The notes under the pieces are model-generated. The model had not been told where the DNA came from, ran no database searches, and saw nothing but the letters and a program-made list of their open reading frames with translations. A DNA stretch of 64,000 nt from contig JBMDXQ010000090.1 in the NCBI GenBank assembly GCA_048594975.1, forward strand, positions 416,102 through 480,101, in the 5' to 3' direction. Position numbers and translations under genes: made by a program. Shown here in pieces: positions 34,418-49,292 of this stretch (position 1 is the stretch's first letter; each line of letters starts with the position of its first letter). This DNA comes from Vicinamibacterales bacterium. Lineage in GTDB: Bacteria; Acidobacteriota; Vicinamibacteria; Vicinamibacterales; 2-12-FULL-66-21.

Positions 34418-34449
34418 ATGCTTCCTCTAACCTACTGGATCCCAATATT

Positions 34450-37938
<3,489 letters not shown>

Positions 37939-37993
37939 GTCCGCGTTCCGGCGTGAGCCGGAACCCCCAATTGTACAGGTGTGTCCGCCACGG

Positions 37994-38025
37994 GTGTAGG
38001 GGCGGTTCGCGCACCGCCCCTACAC
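37994..38025 (-). terminator. 13-bp perfect GC-rich hairpin overlapping the rfaE-like stop codon
   Basis: GTGTAGGGGCGGT / ACCGCCCCTACAC with a 6-nt loop; no U-tract. A second 8-bp hairpin lies at 37945-37964, 6 nt upstream of the mfd ATG. Confidence 0.4.
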
Positions 38026-38508
38026 GGATCGGATGCGGTCGATGATGGCGGTGGTCGAAAACCCCTCTTCGACCTCGGCCAGCACCACACGGCCGCCGCG
38101 CGCCTCGACGGTATCCCGCCCGACGATTTGATCCGCCGGCCAGTCGCTGCCCTTGACGAGAACGTCGGGCTGCACGAGGCGGACGATCTCGGCCGGCGTG
38201 TCCTCTTCGAAGATGACCGCCGCGTCCACACAGGCCAGCGCGGCCACCACCTCGGCGCGCTCGTGATCGGGATTGATCGGACGGGCCGGCCCCTTGTTGC
38301 GGTGCACCGACCCGTCGGCATTCACCCCGACGATCAGCACGTCGCCGAGCGATCGTGCGAACCGGAGATACCGGACGTGGCCGGGGTGGAGCAGGTCGAA
38401 CACACCGTTGGTGAAGACAATCCGGCGTCCGGCGGTGCGCCGCTGCTCGACGAGTGATTTCGTCTCCTCGTGCGAGAGCACGGCCTCCGCAGCCGGCAGG
38501 ATCTTCAC
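38020..38508 (-). CDS. D-glycero-beta-D-manno-heptose-1-phosphate adenylyltransferase-like cytidylyltransferase (RfaE domain II type)
   Basis: GTG 38508 overlaps the wzt stop (GTGA); FTNGVFDLLHPGHVRYL nucleotidyltransferase motif; FSTTAIIDRI. Confidence 0.8.
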   Translation of the reverse strand: MKILPAAEAVLSHEETKSLVEQRRTAGRRIVFTNGVFDLLHPGHVRYLRFARSLGDVLIVGVNADGSVHRNKGPARPINPDHERAEVVAALACVDAAVIFEEDTPAEIVRLVQPDVLVKGSDWPADQIVGRDTVEARGGRVVLAEVEEGFSTTAIIDRIRSV

Positions 38509-39857
38509 GGGTTTTCGTCCGTCTCCGCCGCGAACTTCACGTCCCCGCTGAACTCCCACTCGTGTCGCGGCCGGTAGATGCCGACGTCCTTCGTCGTCGA
38601 TTTCACCCGGAAGGTGTACAGCAGGCGATGGTAGTCGTAGGGGTAACCGTCCTGCCTGTGCACCGCGACGTCGAGCTTGTACGTGCCCTCCACCAGATCC
38701 AGCGAACGGATCCGGAACCGGGCTTCCGCATCCCCCAGCATGCGCACCGGGCGCAACGCCTCGAGGCTGGTGTTGGTGCCGTAGCAGCAGACGCCTTCGG
38801 CGTTGAAGATGCCGATGCCGACCACGAAGTCGGTCATGAGGATCGGCGAACGCAGCGCGATGCGCACCGTGAGCGGCTCGCCGGACTCGAAGACGTGGCC
38901 GGACTCTCCGTCCGGCCCGGACAGACGGACCCTGGTGATCTCGATTTCGCGCGATCCCCAGCGCCCTTCGGTCGCCCGGAACATGTCGGGCGGCCCCTCC
39001 GCGACCTCCACCGGGCTGTCGGGGAGCACCGCCGACGCGGGCTCATCGGGCGACACGACCACCGCCGACTCCTGGGCCCGGGCATCACCCGCCGCGAGAT
39101 GCAGCTCCTCGGACTGCTTGACGTCGGTGATGTAGGCGTCGACCACGCGCTTGGGGTCACCCATCGCCTGCTTGCGGCCGGCGTCCAGCCAGAGCGCCTC
39201 GTCGCAGAACCGCTCGACCAGCCCGAGCGAGTGCGTCACGAGCAGGATCGTCTTGGCCCGACGCTTGAACTCGGCGAACTTGTCCAGACACTTGTGGGTG
39301 AACCCTTCGTCGCCGACCGCCAGCACCTCGTCCACCAGGAGGACGTCGGGATCGACGTGGATCGCGACGGCGAAGCCGAGCCGCATGTACATTCCGGACG
39401 AATAGGTTTTCACCGGGGCGTCGATGAAGTCCGCGAGCTCGGCGAAGTCGACGATCTCGTCGAAGCGCCGAGCGATTTCGCGCTTCGAGAGCCCGAGCAT
39501 GATGCCGTTGATGAAAACGTTCTCGCGGCCGGAGATCTCCGGGTGGAACCCCGCCCCGAGCTCGATGAGCGCCGAAATCCGCCCCTCGACGCGGACCTCG
39601 CCGCCGGTCGGCTTGGTGATGCCGGCCACCAGCTTCAACATCGTGCTCTTGCCCGACCCGTTTCGGCCGATGATGCCCAGGGTACGTCCCCTCGGCACCG
39701 TGAACGTCACGTCGTCGAGCGCGCGGAACGTCTCGTCGGGACGGAGATCGCGAATGAGGCTGCGGGAGAGCAGCGCGCTCTTCAGCGTCGCGAACTGCCG
39801 CCGCCGGCTGTAGCGCCGGTAGATCTTCGAGACGTGGGTGACTTCGATGGCGTTCAT
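38505..39857 (-). CDS. wzt: polysaccharide ABC exporter ATP-binding protein (Wzt/TagH type) with C-terminal glycan-binding-type domain
   Basis: 450 aa; Walker A GRNGSGKST, signature YSSGM, Walker B LLVDEVL; about 180-aa beta-rich Wzt_C-like tail. Confidence 0.85.
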   Translation of the reverse strand: MNAIEVTHVSKIYRRYSRRRQFATLKSALLSRSLIRDLRPDETFRALDDVTFTVPRGRTLGIIGRNGSGKSTMLKLVAGITKPTGGEVRVEGRISALIELGAGFHPEISGRENVFINGIMLGLSKREIARRFDEIVDFAELADFIDAPVKTYSSGMYMRLGFAVAIHVDPDVLLVDEVLAVGDEGFTHKCLDKFAEFKRRAKTILLVTHSLGLVERFCDEALWLDAGRKQAMGDPKRVVDAYITDVKQSEELHLAAGDARAQESAVVVSPDEPASAVLPDSPVEVAEGPPDMFRATEGRWGSREIEITRVRLSGPDGESGHVFESGEPLTVRIALRSPILMTDFVVGIGIFNAEGVCCYGTNTSLEALRPVRMLGDAEARFRIRSLDLVEGTYKLDVAVHRQDGYPYDYHRLLYTFRVKSTTKDVGIYRPRHEWEFSGDVKFAAETDENP

Positions 39858-39895
39858 GATGCCGTCCGCCTGAAGGCGGAAGCTGCAGCGTCCCT

Positions 39896-40699
39896 TTACA
39901 CTTCCTCCGCGAACGTGTCCCTCAACCGGTCGAACACGAAGTAGCCGAACAGGAAGAAGGCGACGGACAAGGCGCCCAGCACGAGGAGCCAGAACCAGTG
40001 CCCGACCGGGCCCTCAAAGAACATGATCTCCTGATAGCTGATGGCCAGGTGCGTGAACGGGTTGAGCCTGACCAGCTGCCACTGCCAGCCTCCGAGCGCT
40101 TCGACCAGCTGGTAGGGATAGATGATCGGGGTCGCGAAGAACCAGAACGTCAGCAGGTTGCCCAGGATGTCACGCAGGTCGCGGAAGTGGACGGTGAGTG
40201 CCGACAGGATCAGCGAGAAACCGAGCGTCAGCAGCAGCTGCACGGCGATCGCCACCGGGAACCAGGTGAGTTCGATCGCGGTGACCGGCGCGCGGAACCA
40301 GAGCAGGAACGCCGCGAGGATCGTCAGCCCGAAGAAGAAGTGCACCATGTTGGCGAGCACGGTGACGATGGGCAGGATCTCCGCGGGGAAGAGCACCTTC
40401 TTGATCAGGTTGCCGCCGGCGATCAGCACGCCGGACGACTCGAGCAGTGACGAGGAGAACCACGTCCAGGGCAGCAGGCCGCAGAAGAGGAAGAGCTCGT
40501 AGTGCTCTCCGACGGCGGTGAAGCGCGCCGGCAGCACGTACTTGAATACGAAGGAGTAGACGAGCAGGAGGAGCAGCGGATTGAAGAACGACCAGAAGAA
40601 CCCGAGCACCGATCCGCGGTACCGCGCCTTCAGCTCCCGCGCCACGAGGCTCTGGATGAGCCCGCGATAGCGCCGCAGCTGTGACAGGTTACGGAGCAT
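39896..40699 (-). CDS. wzm: ABC-2 type polysaccharide exporter permease (Wzm/TagG type)
   Basis: ATG 40699 in ORF 39896-40771; LVARELKARYRGSVLGFFW; 6 TM helices. Confidence 0.85.
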   Translation of the reverse strand: MLRNLSQLRRYRGLIQSLVARELKARYRGSVLGFFWSFFNPLLLLLVYSFVFKYVLPARFTAVGEHYELFLFCGLLPWTWFSSSLLESSGVLIAGGNLIKKVLFPAEILPIVTVLANMVHFFFGLTILAAFLLWFRAPVTAIELTWFPVAIAVQLLLTLGFSLILSALTVHFRDLRDILGNLLTFWFFATPIIYPYQLVEALGGWQWQLVRLNPFTHLAISYQEIMFFEGPVGHWFWLLVLGALSVAFFLFGYFVFDRLRDTFAEEV

Positions 40700-41471
40700 C
40701 GACTTGGAGCACCAGCGTCGTGATGTTGTCCGGCCCTCCCCCCGCGTTGGCGGCCTCGATGAGACGTTCACAGATCTGTTCAGGCGCGAGCCGCGGATCG
40801 CCGAGCACCTCCGCGATGGTCTGGTCGGCGACCACTGAAAACAGGCCGTCGGAGCAGAGCAGATAACGCTCGCCGGCCCGTGGCGTGACGTCGACGACGT
40901 CGACCTCGGGGTCGTCCCCGCCGGAGAGGGCGCGCGTCACCACGTTGCGCCAGGGGTGCTGTCGCGCGGCGGTGGGGGTCAGGGCCCCGGCGCGCACCTG
41001 CTCCTCGACCCACGAGTGGTCGTGCGTGATCTGATGCAGATCGCCGCCGCGCCAGACGTAGACGCGGCTGTCGCCGACGTGGGCGATGCACGCCCCCGAC
41101 CTGCCGACCAGGATCGCCGAGGCGGTCGTGGCCATGCCGCGCAGATCCTGCGAGTCGGCGATTGCCGCAGCAATCCGGCGGTTGGCGAGCCGGAAGGCGG
41201 CCTTGAGACGGTTGGCTTCGAGGCTGAGCGACGGCTCGAACGGAAAGGGCCAGGTGCGATTCTTGTCGGCCCCGGCCGTCTCTTCGATGAAGGCGGAAAT
41301 GGCCTCGACGGCAACGCGGGACGCGACCTCGCCGGCGACGTGCCCGCCCATGCCGTCGGCGACCACGAACAGGCCGACGTCGGGCCGGTTGGAATAGCTG
41401 TCCTCGTTGCTGGTGCGGCGGAGACCGGGATCGCTTTTGACGGCCCAGGAGAGCGCGATCTTCGGCGTCAT
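40689..41471 (-). CDS. PP2C-family Ser/Thr protein phosphatase (Stp-like)
   Basis: 260 aa; RTSNEDS, VADGMGGH, LLCSDGL, GGPDNIT; the 3' end overlaps the wzm start by 11 nt. Confidence 0.9.
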   Translation of the reverse strand: MTPKIALSWAVKSDPGLRRTSNEDSYSNRPDVGLFVVADGMGGHVAGEVASRVAVEAISAFIEETAGADKNRTWPFPFEPSLSLEANRLKAAFRLANRRIAAAIADSQDLRGMATTASAILVGRSGACIAHVGDSRVYVWRGGDLHQITHDHSWVEEQVRAGALTPTAARQHPWRNVVTRALSGGDDPEVDVVDVTPRAGERYLLCSDGLFSVVADQTIAEVLGDPRLAPEQICERLIEAANAGGGPDNITTLVLQVDAP

Positions 41472-41479
41472 GGCCGGGC

Positions 41480-41944
41480 TCAGCCCCTCGCCGCGTCGCG
41501 GCGCCGCCTGGGCTCCCCGACCCGCGTCCCGCCCGGAACGCGTCCGGACACCTGCAGGCGGGCCAGCGCTTTCGTGAGTGCGATTCGCGCCCGCTCATAG
41601 TCGATGTCGGACGCGGGCTGCGCCAGCCGCTCCCCGGCACGCTGACGCGCCGCGACGGCGCGTTCGACGTCGATGTCCTCGGCACGCTCGGCGAGACGCG
41701 CGAGGATGGTCACGCGATCGGGCAGCACCTCGGCGAACCCGAACGCGATCGAGAGGTAGGTCTTCTCCCGGCCCTTGCGGTACCACAACTCGCCGACCGC
41801 CAGCGAGGCCAGCAGCGGCGTGTGCCCGGGCAGGACGCCGAAGTAGCCCCCGCTGCCCGGGATCTCCACCTCGTCGACCGCCTCGCGCACGAGCAGCCTG
41901 TCGGGCGTGACGATCTGGAGCTCGAGCTGCGTCGGCAGTGCCAT
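41480..41944 (-). CDS. atpC: F1 ATP synthase epsilon subunit (with about 20-aa basic C-terminal extension)
   Basis: LQIVTPDRLL...IPGSGGYFGVLPGHTPLL. Confidence 0.9.
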   Translation of the reverse strand: MALPTQLELQIVTPDRLLVREAVDEVEIPGSGGYFGVLPGHTPLLASLAVGELWYRKGREKTYLSIAFGFAEVLPDRVTILARLAERAEDIDVERAVAARQRAGERLAQPASDIDYERARIALTKALARLQVSGRVPGGTRVGEPRRRRDAARG

Positions 41945-42010
41945 CGATCAACAATCCACAAGCCGCAATCCGTCAATCCACAATCCGCACTCAACAAATC
42001 CTCAAATGCT
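41945..42010 (-). repeat. atpD-atpC spacer with five GGATT(G/T) repeats on the sense strand
   Basis: AATCC occurs on the plus strand at 41953, 41967, 41975, 41982 and 41997. The mRNA reads GGAUUU..GGAUUGUGGAUUGACGGAUUG..GGAUUG up to the start codon. Confidence 0.7.
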
Positions 42011-43579
<1,569 letters not shown>

Positions 43580-43654
43580 TCACCGCTCGCGGGGCCCCAC
43601 CCCCGCTCGCTCGCGCTCGGCGACGCCGCGCCTCGCGCGGGCCGCAGGCGCCGT

Positions 43655-44548
43655 TCACAGTGCCGCCGCCCCCGATACCACTTCGATGATCTCCCGGGTA
43701 ATCGCGGCCTGCCGGACCTTGTTCATGTACAGGGTCAGCTGATCGATCATCTCCGCCGAGTTGCGCGTGGCGGCGTCCATCGCCGTCATCCGCGCCGCGT
43801 GCTCGGCCGCCGCCGATTCGAGCAGCGCCCGGAACACCTGGACCTCCACGTGGCTGGGCAGCAGATCCGCGAGCAGCTGTCCCGGTGCCGGCTCGTAGAG
43901 GTAATCCACCTGCGGCCGGGCGATGCTCGCAGCCGCGCCCGGATCCGGTGCCGCGAACGCACCCCGCGGGATGGGCAGCAGCCGCTCGAGGACGACGCGC
44001 TGCTGCAGCACCGACTTGAACTCGTTGTAGACGAGGTAGACGCTGTCCGCCGTGCCGCTGGTGAACCCTTCGACCGCCGCCCTGGCGATCGCCTGCGCGT
44101 CCTCGAAGCGGAGGTGTGCGAACAGGTTGATCTGCTCGTACCGCACCTCGAACCCGCGGCGCGCGAAGAAATCGCGGCCGCGCCGGCCGATCAGCCCGAG
44201 CGCGATCTCGCGGCCCGGGTTCTCGGCGATGAAGTGTCCCGCCGACTTGATCACGTTGGTGTTGAAGCTGCCGCACAATCCGCGATCGGCGGTGATTATG
44301 ACGAGCAGGACTCGGCCGCTCGCCGCGCCCGCTGCCCGCTCGTCGAGAAGCGGGTGCGCCGACGGATCGACGCGCGCCGCCACGCTGTTCAGCACGCGCA
44401 GCATCTCGATGGCGAAAGGGCGCGCCCTGGTCACACGCTCCTGCGCGCGGCGCAGCTTCGAGGCGGCCACCATCTTCATCGCCTTGGTAATCTGCTGCGT
44501 CGAGCGGACGGCGCGAATGCGCCGACGGATGTCTAGCAATGATGGCAT
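43655..44548 (-). CDS. atpG: F1 ATP synthase gamma subunit
   Basis: 297 aa; MPSLLDIRRRIRAVRSTQQITKAMKMVAASKLRRAQ; C-terminal [15 protein letters not shown]. Confidence 0.97.
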   Translation of the reverse strand: MPSLLDIRRRIRAVRSTQQITKAMKMVAASKLRRAQERVTRARPFAIEMLRVLNSVAARVDPSAHPLLDERAAGAASGRVLLVIITADRGLCGSFNTNVIKSAGHFIAENPGREIALGLIGRRGRDFFARRGFEVRYEQINLFAHLRFEDAQAIARAAVEGFTSGTADSVYLVYNEFKSVLQQRVVLERLLPIPRGAFAAPDPGAAASIARPQVDYLYEPAPGQLLADLLPSHVEVQVFRALLESAAAEHAARMTAMDAATRNSAEMIDQLTLYMNKVRQAAITREIIEVVSGAAAL

Positions 44549-44566
44549 CTGCCGATGTCTCTGTCG

Positions 44567-44667
44567 GTGTCAATGCCGAATGCTGCATGCCGAATACTGG
44601 ACCGGTCCATGTCAGCGCTCACGTCGACATTCATCGGTATTCAGCCTTCGGCATCGACCATTGACAC
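44567..44667. repeat. nested palindromes filling the atpA-atpG spacer
   Basis: GTGTCAATG (44567-75) / CATTGACAC (44659-67); GCCGAA / TTCGGC; GAATAC / GTATTC; perfect 12-bp palindrome TGGACCGGTCCA (44598-44609). Confidence 0.7.
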
Positions 44668-44676
44668 GCTGCGGCG

Positions 44677-46206
<1,530 letters not shown>

Positions 46207-46373
46207 GTGTACTCAGCAGCAGGGCGCGACTCTCGCCGCCACGTCTGCATTTCTCATTGCGCGTGGGGGGGCAGCCCAGCGCCCTCTTATGCTCGGTTCG
46301 CTCGGCCGGCCCGGTACCCGGTGACTCACGCCCTCGCTCGTACGCGCGCGCCGTAACCGAGTCCCGAGCGCCG

Positions 46374-46925
46374 TCACGTGTCTGCCTCCAGCAACTGCTG
46401 CTTCAGCCGCGCCAGCTGCCCCGTCACGCTGCCGTCGTACACGGTGCTGCCGACGCGCGCCACAGCGCCGCCCAGGATCGACGGATCGACGCGGCTTTCG
46501 AGCTGCACGTCGCGCCCGGTCGCGCGCGCGAGCCCGGCTCTGAGCGCCTGCAGCTGCTCGGGAGGCAGCGGCATGGCCGTCACCAGCTCCGCCCGGACGA
46601 CGTGCGCGTGGTCCATCAACCGGTCCTCGTAGACGCGCACGATCTCCGGCAGCAGCACCAGGCGATCGCGCTCGGCGAGGAGCAGCAAGAGCCTGGCGAC
46701 CATCGGCGACATCTCACCGGCCCGGGCGACGAGCTCCTCGACCAGCGCGCGCTTCCTCTGAACCGGGACCGCAGGGTTCGACAGCACGCGCGCCAGCGCC
46801 TCGTGCGCCGACAGCAGGCCGGCGAATCCGGCGAGGTCGTCGCGGGCGCGATTCAGCTGGCCGTCCTTCAGCACAACGTCGAAGAGTGCGCGGCCGTAGC
46901 GGCTCGCGGCCGCCCGGCTTGTCAT
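46374..46925 (-). CDS. atpH: F1 ATP synthase delta (OSCP) subunit
   Basis: 183 aa; ASRYGRALFDV; ATG overlaps the atpF stop (ATGA). Confidence 0.9.
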   Translation of the reverse strand: MTSRAAASRYGRALFDVVLKDGQLNRARDDLAGFAGLLSAHEALARVLSNPAVPVQRKRALVEELVARAGEMSPMVARLLLLLAERDRLVLLPEIVRVYEDRLMDHAHVVRAELVTAMPLPPEQLQALRAGLARATGRDVQLESRVDPSILGGAVARVGSTVYDGSVTGQLARLKQQLLEADT

Positions 46926-47500
46926 CGCCCTTCCCCGAGCTGCGTCGCGTAGCGATCGAGGAGGCGCAGCTGGTCGGCGGCGGTGATCGACTGCTCGATG
47001 CGCCGCCGCGCCACCGTCACGGCCAGCTCGGCGGTGTGCGCCGCGAGCTCGCGTTTCGCGATTCGCAGCCGGCTCTCGATCTCGCGGCGCGTCTGCGCGA
47101 GCAGGCGCTCGCGCTCGGCGGCCGCGGCGCTGGCGATGCGTGTACGCTCTGCCTGCACGTCCTCGGCTCCGCGCTGCTTCAAGGCCTCGAGCTCGGCCGG
47201 CAGGGCCCGCATCCGCTGCGCGATCTGCGCAAGCTGCGCCCCGGCGGCGGCCCGCTGCTGCGACGCGGTCACGAGATCCTGCCGGATCTGGGTAATGCGC
47301 GCGGCCAGGTACGCCATGAGGGGGCTTTTCAGGAAGTAGGCGAGCAGGCCCGCGAGGATCGCGAAGTTCACCAGCTTCGCGATCATCGAGACCAGGCCGC
47401 CGCCTTCACCGGCTTGGGCCGCGGCGTGAACGTCCGCGCCGAGGGCGAGGACGAGCAGCGCCGTGAACACACAGGGAATCCGGGTCATCGACGACAGCAT
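46922..47500 (-). CDS. atpF: Fo ATP synthase b subunit
   Basis: Hydrophobic N-terminus followed by a long charged helix. Start ambiguous: ATG 47500 or 47488, or TTG 47521 abutting the b' stop. Confidence 0.8.
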   Translation of the reverse strand: MLSSMTRIPCVFTALLVLALGADVHAAAQAGEGGGLVSMIAKLVNFAILAGLLAYFLKSPLMAYLAARITQIRQDLVTASQQRAAAGAQLAQIAQRMRALPAELEALKQRGAEDVQAERTRIASAAAAERERLLAQTRREIESRLRIAKRELAAHTAELAVTVARRRIEQSITAADQLRLLDRYATQLGEGR

Positions 47501-47521
47501 CGGAAGGTGCAGGACCGGCAA

Positions 47522-47950
47522 TCAGGACGCCGCCTTGCGGCCGAGGATGCGGTCGGCGGCAGCCGTCCCGAGCGCGTCGGCTTCCTCGCTCAACGTGCGG
47601 CGCGCGTTCTCCACCTCCGCCTGCAACTGCGCGGTCGCCGCCGCGATCTGCGTCTCGGCCTCGGCACGGGTGCTCGCCAGGATCCCGGCACGCTCGGCCA
47701 GGGCGGCGCGCCGCATCTCGTCCATCTGCCGGTAGATTTCGCCGCGCGCGTCCGTCGTCCTGCGCTCGAATTCGGCAGTCGCGTTGCGCGCCTCGAGCGC
47801 CGACCGATCCGCCAGCTCGCGCGCCGACGTGATGGCCTTTTCCCGCTCGGCGATGACACGGAGGATCGGCCTGAACAGCAGCCGGTCGAGAATGACCGTC
47901 AGCAGCAGGACGAAGAAGATGACCCAGAAGACGGACAAATCCGGGAGCAC
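47522..47950 (-). CDS. Fo ATP synthase b' subunit
   Basis: 142 aa; GTG start with GGAGG 4 nt upstream; single TM VFWVIFFVLLLTVIL plus a coiled coil. Confidence 0.8.
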   Translation of the reverse strand: MLPDLSVFWVIFFVLLLTVILDRLLFRPILRVIAEREKAITSARELADRSALEARNATAEFERRTTDARGEIYRQMDEMRRAALAERAGILASTRAEAETQIAAATAQLQAEVENARRTLSEEADALGTAAADRILGRKAAS

Positions 47951-48014
47951 GGAACCTCCGGTGGGACGAATCGGATCCTACGGGGCGCACGCGGCGCAGC
48001 CGGGACAAACGTTA

Positions 48015-48024
48015 ATTTATACCA
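48015..48024 (-). promoter_or_regulatory. candidate extended -10 promoter (TGGTATAAAT) for the atp operon
   Basis: Minus strand TGnTATAAA about 65 nt upstream of GTG 47950, in the only AT-rich patch of the selD-atp spacer. Confidence 0.4.
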
Positions 48025-48089
48025 TCCAAAGGGGCTGCGGGGCCAGATCAGCTGGATGGGTGGTTGAAAGGGACGACTGCTTCAGGGTC

Positions 48090-49133
48090 TCAGCGAAGCG
48101 TCACGGCGAGGCTGGTTTCCTGAGCGACCGCCCGGCCGATCGCCCATACCTCGACACCCGCAGCGCCGAGCGCGGACCGCGCGGCGGCGGCGTGCGCGGC
48201 CTCCACGCTGACGAGCAGTCCACCGGATGTCTGCGGATCGTGGAGCAACTGCATGAGGTCGCCGGGAACATCGGGGCCGAGGCGCACACCCGGTCCGAAA
48301 TGCTGGGCGTTGGTGCGGCCGCCGGCGGGGACGTTTCCCTCGACGAGCTCGCGCGCACCTGCCAGGATCGGCACGGCGGCGACGTCGATTTCCAGCGTGC
48401 AGCCGCTCGCCACCGCCATTTCCGAGGCGTGCCCGAGCAGCCCGAAGCCGGTGACGTCCGTACACGCGTGCACGGCGCCAGCCGAGAGCGAGAGGAGCGC
48501 CGCGCTCGCCGCCGCGTTTAACTGCAGCATCGACGCGGTCGCGGCGGCGGCGGCGGCGTGCGGAGCGCGGCCGAACTTGATCGCGGTTGCGACGATCCCG
48601 GTGCCGATCGGCTTGGTGAGCAAGAGGACGTCGCCGGGGCGCGCGCCGCCGTTGGTGAGCACGCGATCCGGGTGGACGTCGCCGGTCACGGCGTAGCCGA
48701 ACTTGATTTCGCTATCCCGAACGGTGTGGCCGCCGAGCAGGGCGACGCCGGCCTCGCGGAGCTTCGCGAGGCCGCCCTCGAAAATGGCGCGCAACACGCT
48801 CCGCTCGGCGTCCTGCGGGAATCCCGCAATCGCCAGCGCGGTGAGCGGACGGCCGCCCATCGCGTAAATGTCGCTCAGCGCGTTGACCGCGGCGATCTGG
48901 CCGTAGACGTAGGGGTCGTCGACAATCGGCGTGAAGAAATCAACCGTCTGCACCAGCGCCCGAGCCTCGTCGAGCCTGTACACACCTGCATCGTCCGAGG
49001 TCCGGTAGTCGACGAGGACCCGGTCGTCGCGGTGGACGGGCAGGTCGCCCAGCACCTGGGCGAGCTCGCCGGCGGCGAGCTTGCTCGCTCAACCGGCGCA
49101 GTGCGAGTAGTCGGTCAGTTTCCTGGTTTCCAC
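48090..49133 (-). CDS. selD: selenide, water dikinase (selenophosphate synthetase), Sec-containing form with TGA at 49089-49091
   Basis: The track ORF (48090-49055) lacks the catalytic N-terminus. In frame upstream: GTG(49133)-ETRKLTDYSHCAG-TGA-ASKLAAGELAQ, matching E. coli LTQYSHGAGCGCK with U at Cys17 and the Lys conserved. Body motifs DFFTPIVDDPY and TDVTGFGLLGH. Confidence 0.85.
49046..49081 (-). promoter_or_regulatory. two adjacent GC hairpins downstream of the selD TGA (SECIS candidates)
   Basis: mRNA AGCUCGCC-GCC-GGCGAGCU (49081-49063) and CGCCCAG-GUG-CUGGGCG (49062-49046). The first starts 7 nt after the UGA. Confidence 0.4.
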
Positions 49134-49292
49134 GGGTTCTCTCAATCTGGGCTGCCTTCGCTCTCCTGCTACGCCTGCTCCCGGGTACGACCGGCGCCTG
49201 TGATTTCACAAGAGAAGAGAAGCCCAACAGCACTGGCTCTCCGGCGTCCCTGCTCCGGTGAATTCCACGGCGCCACCAGTGGCGCACCCCCC

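Noticed and set aside
49134-49292. tRNA-Sec (selC) or another tRNA in the parB-selD spacer, and in other spacers longer than 80 bp.
   Set aside because: No T-loop (GTTCRANYC) or cloverleaf-compatible segments on either strand. There is only a 6-bp hairpin GCGCCA-CTGG-TGGCGC after parB.
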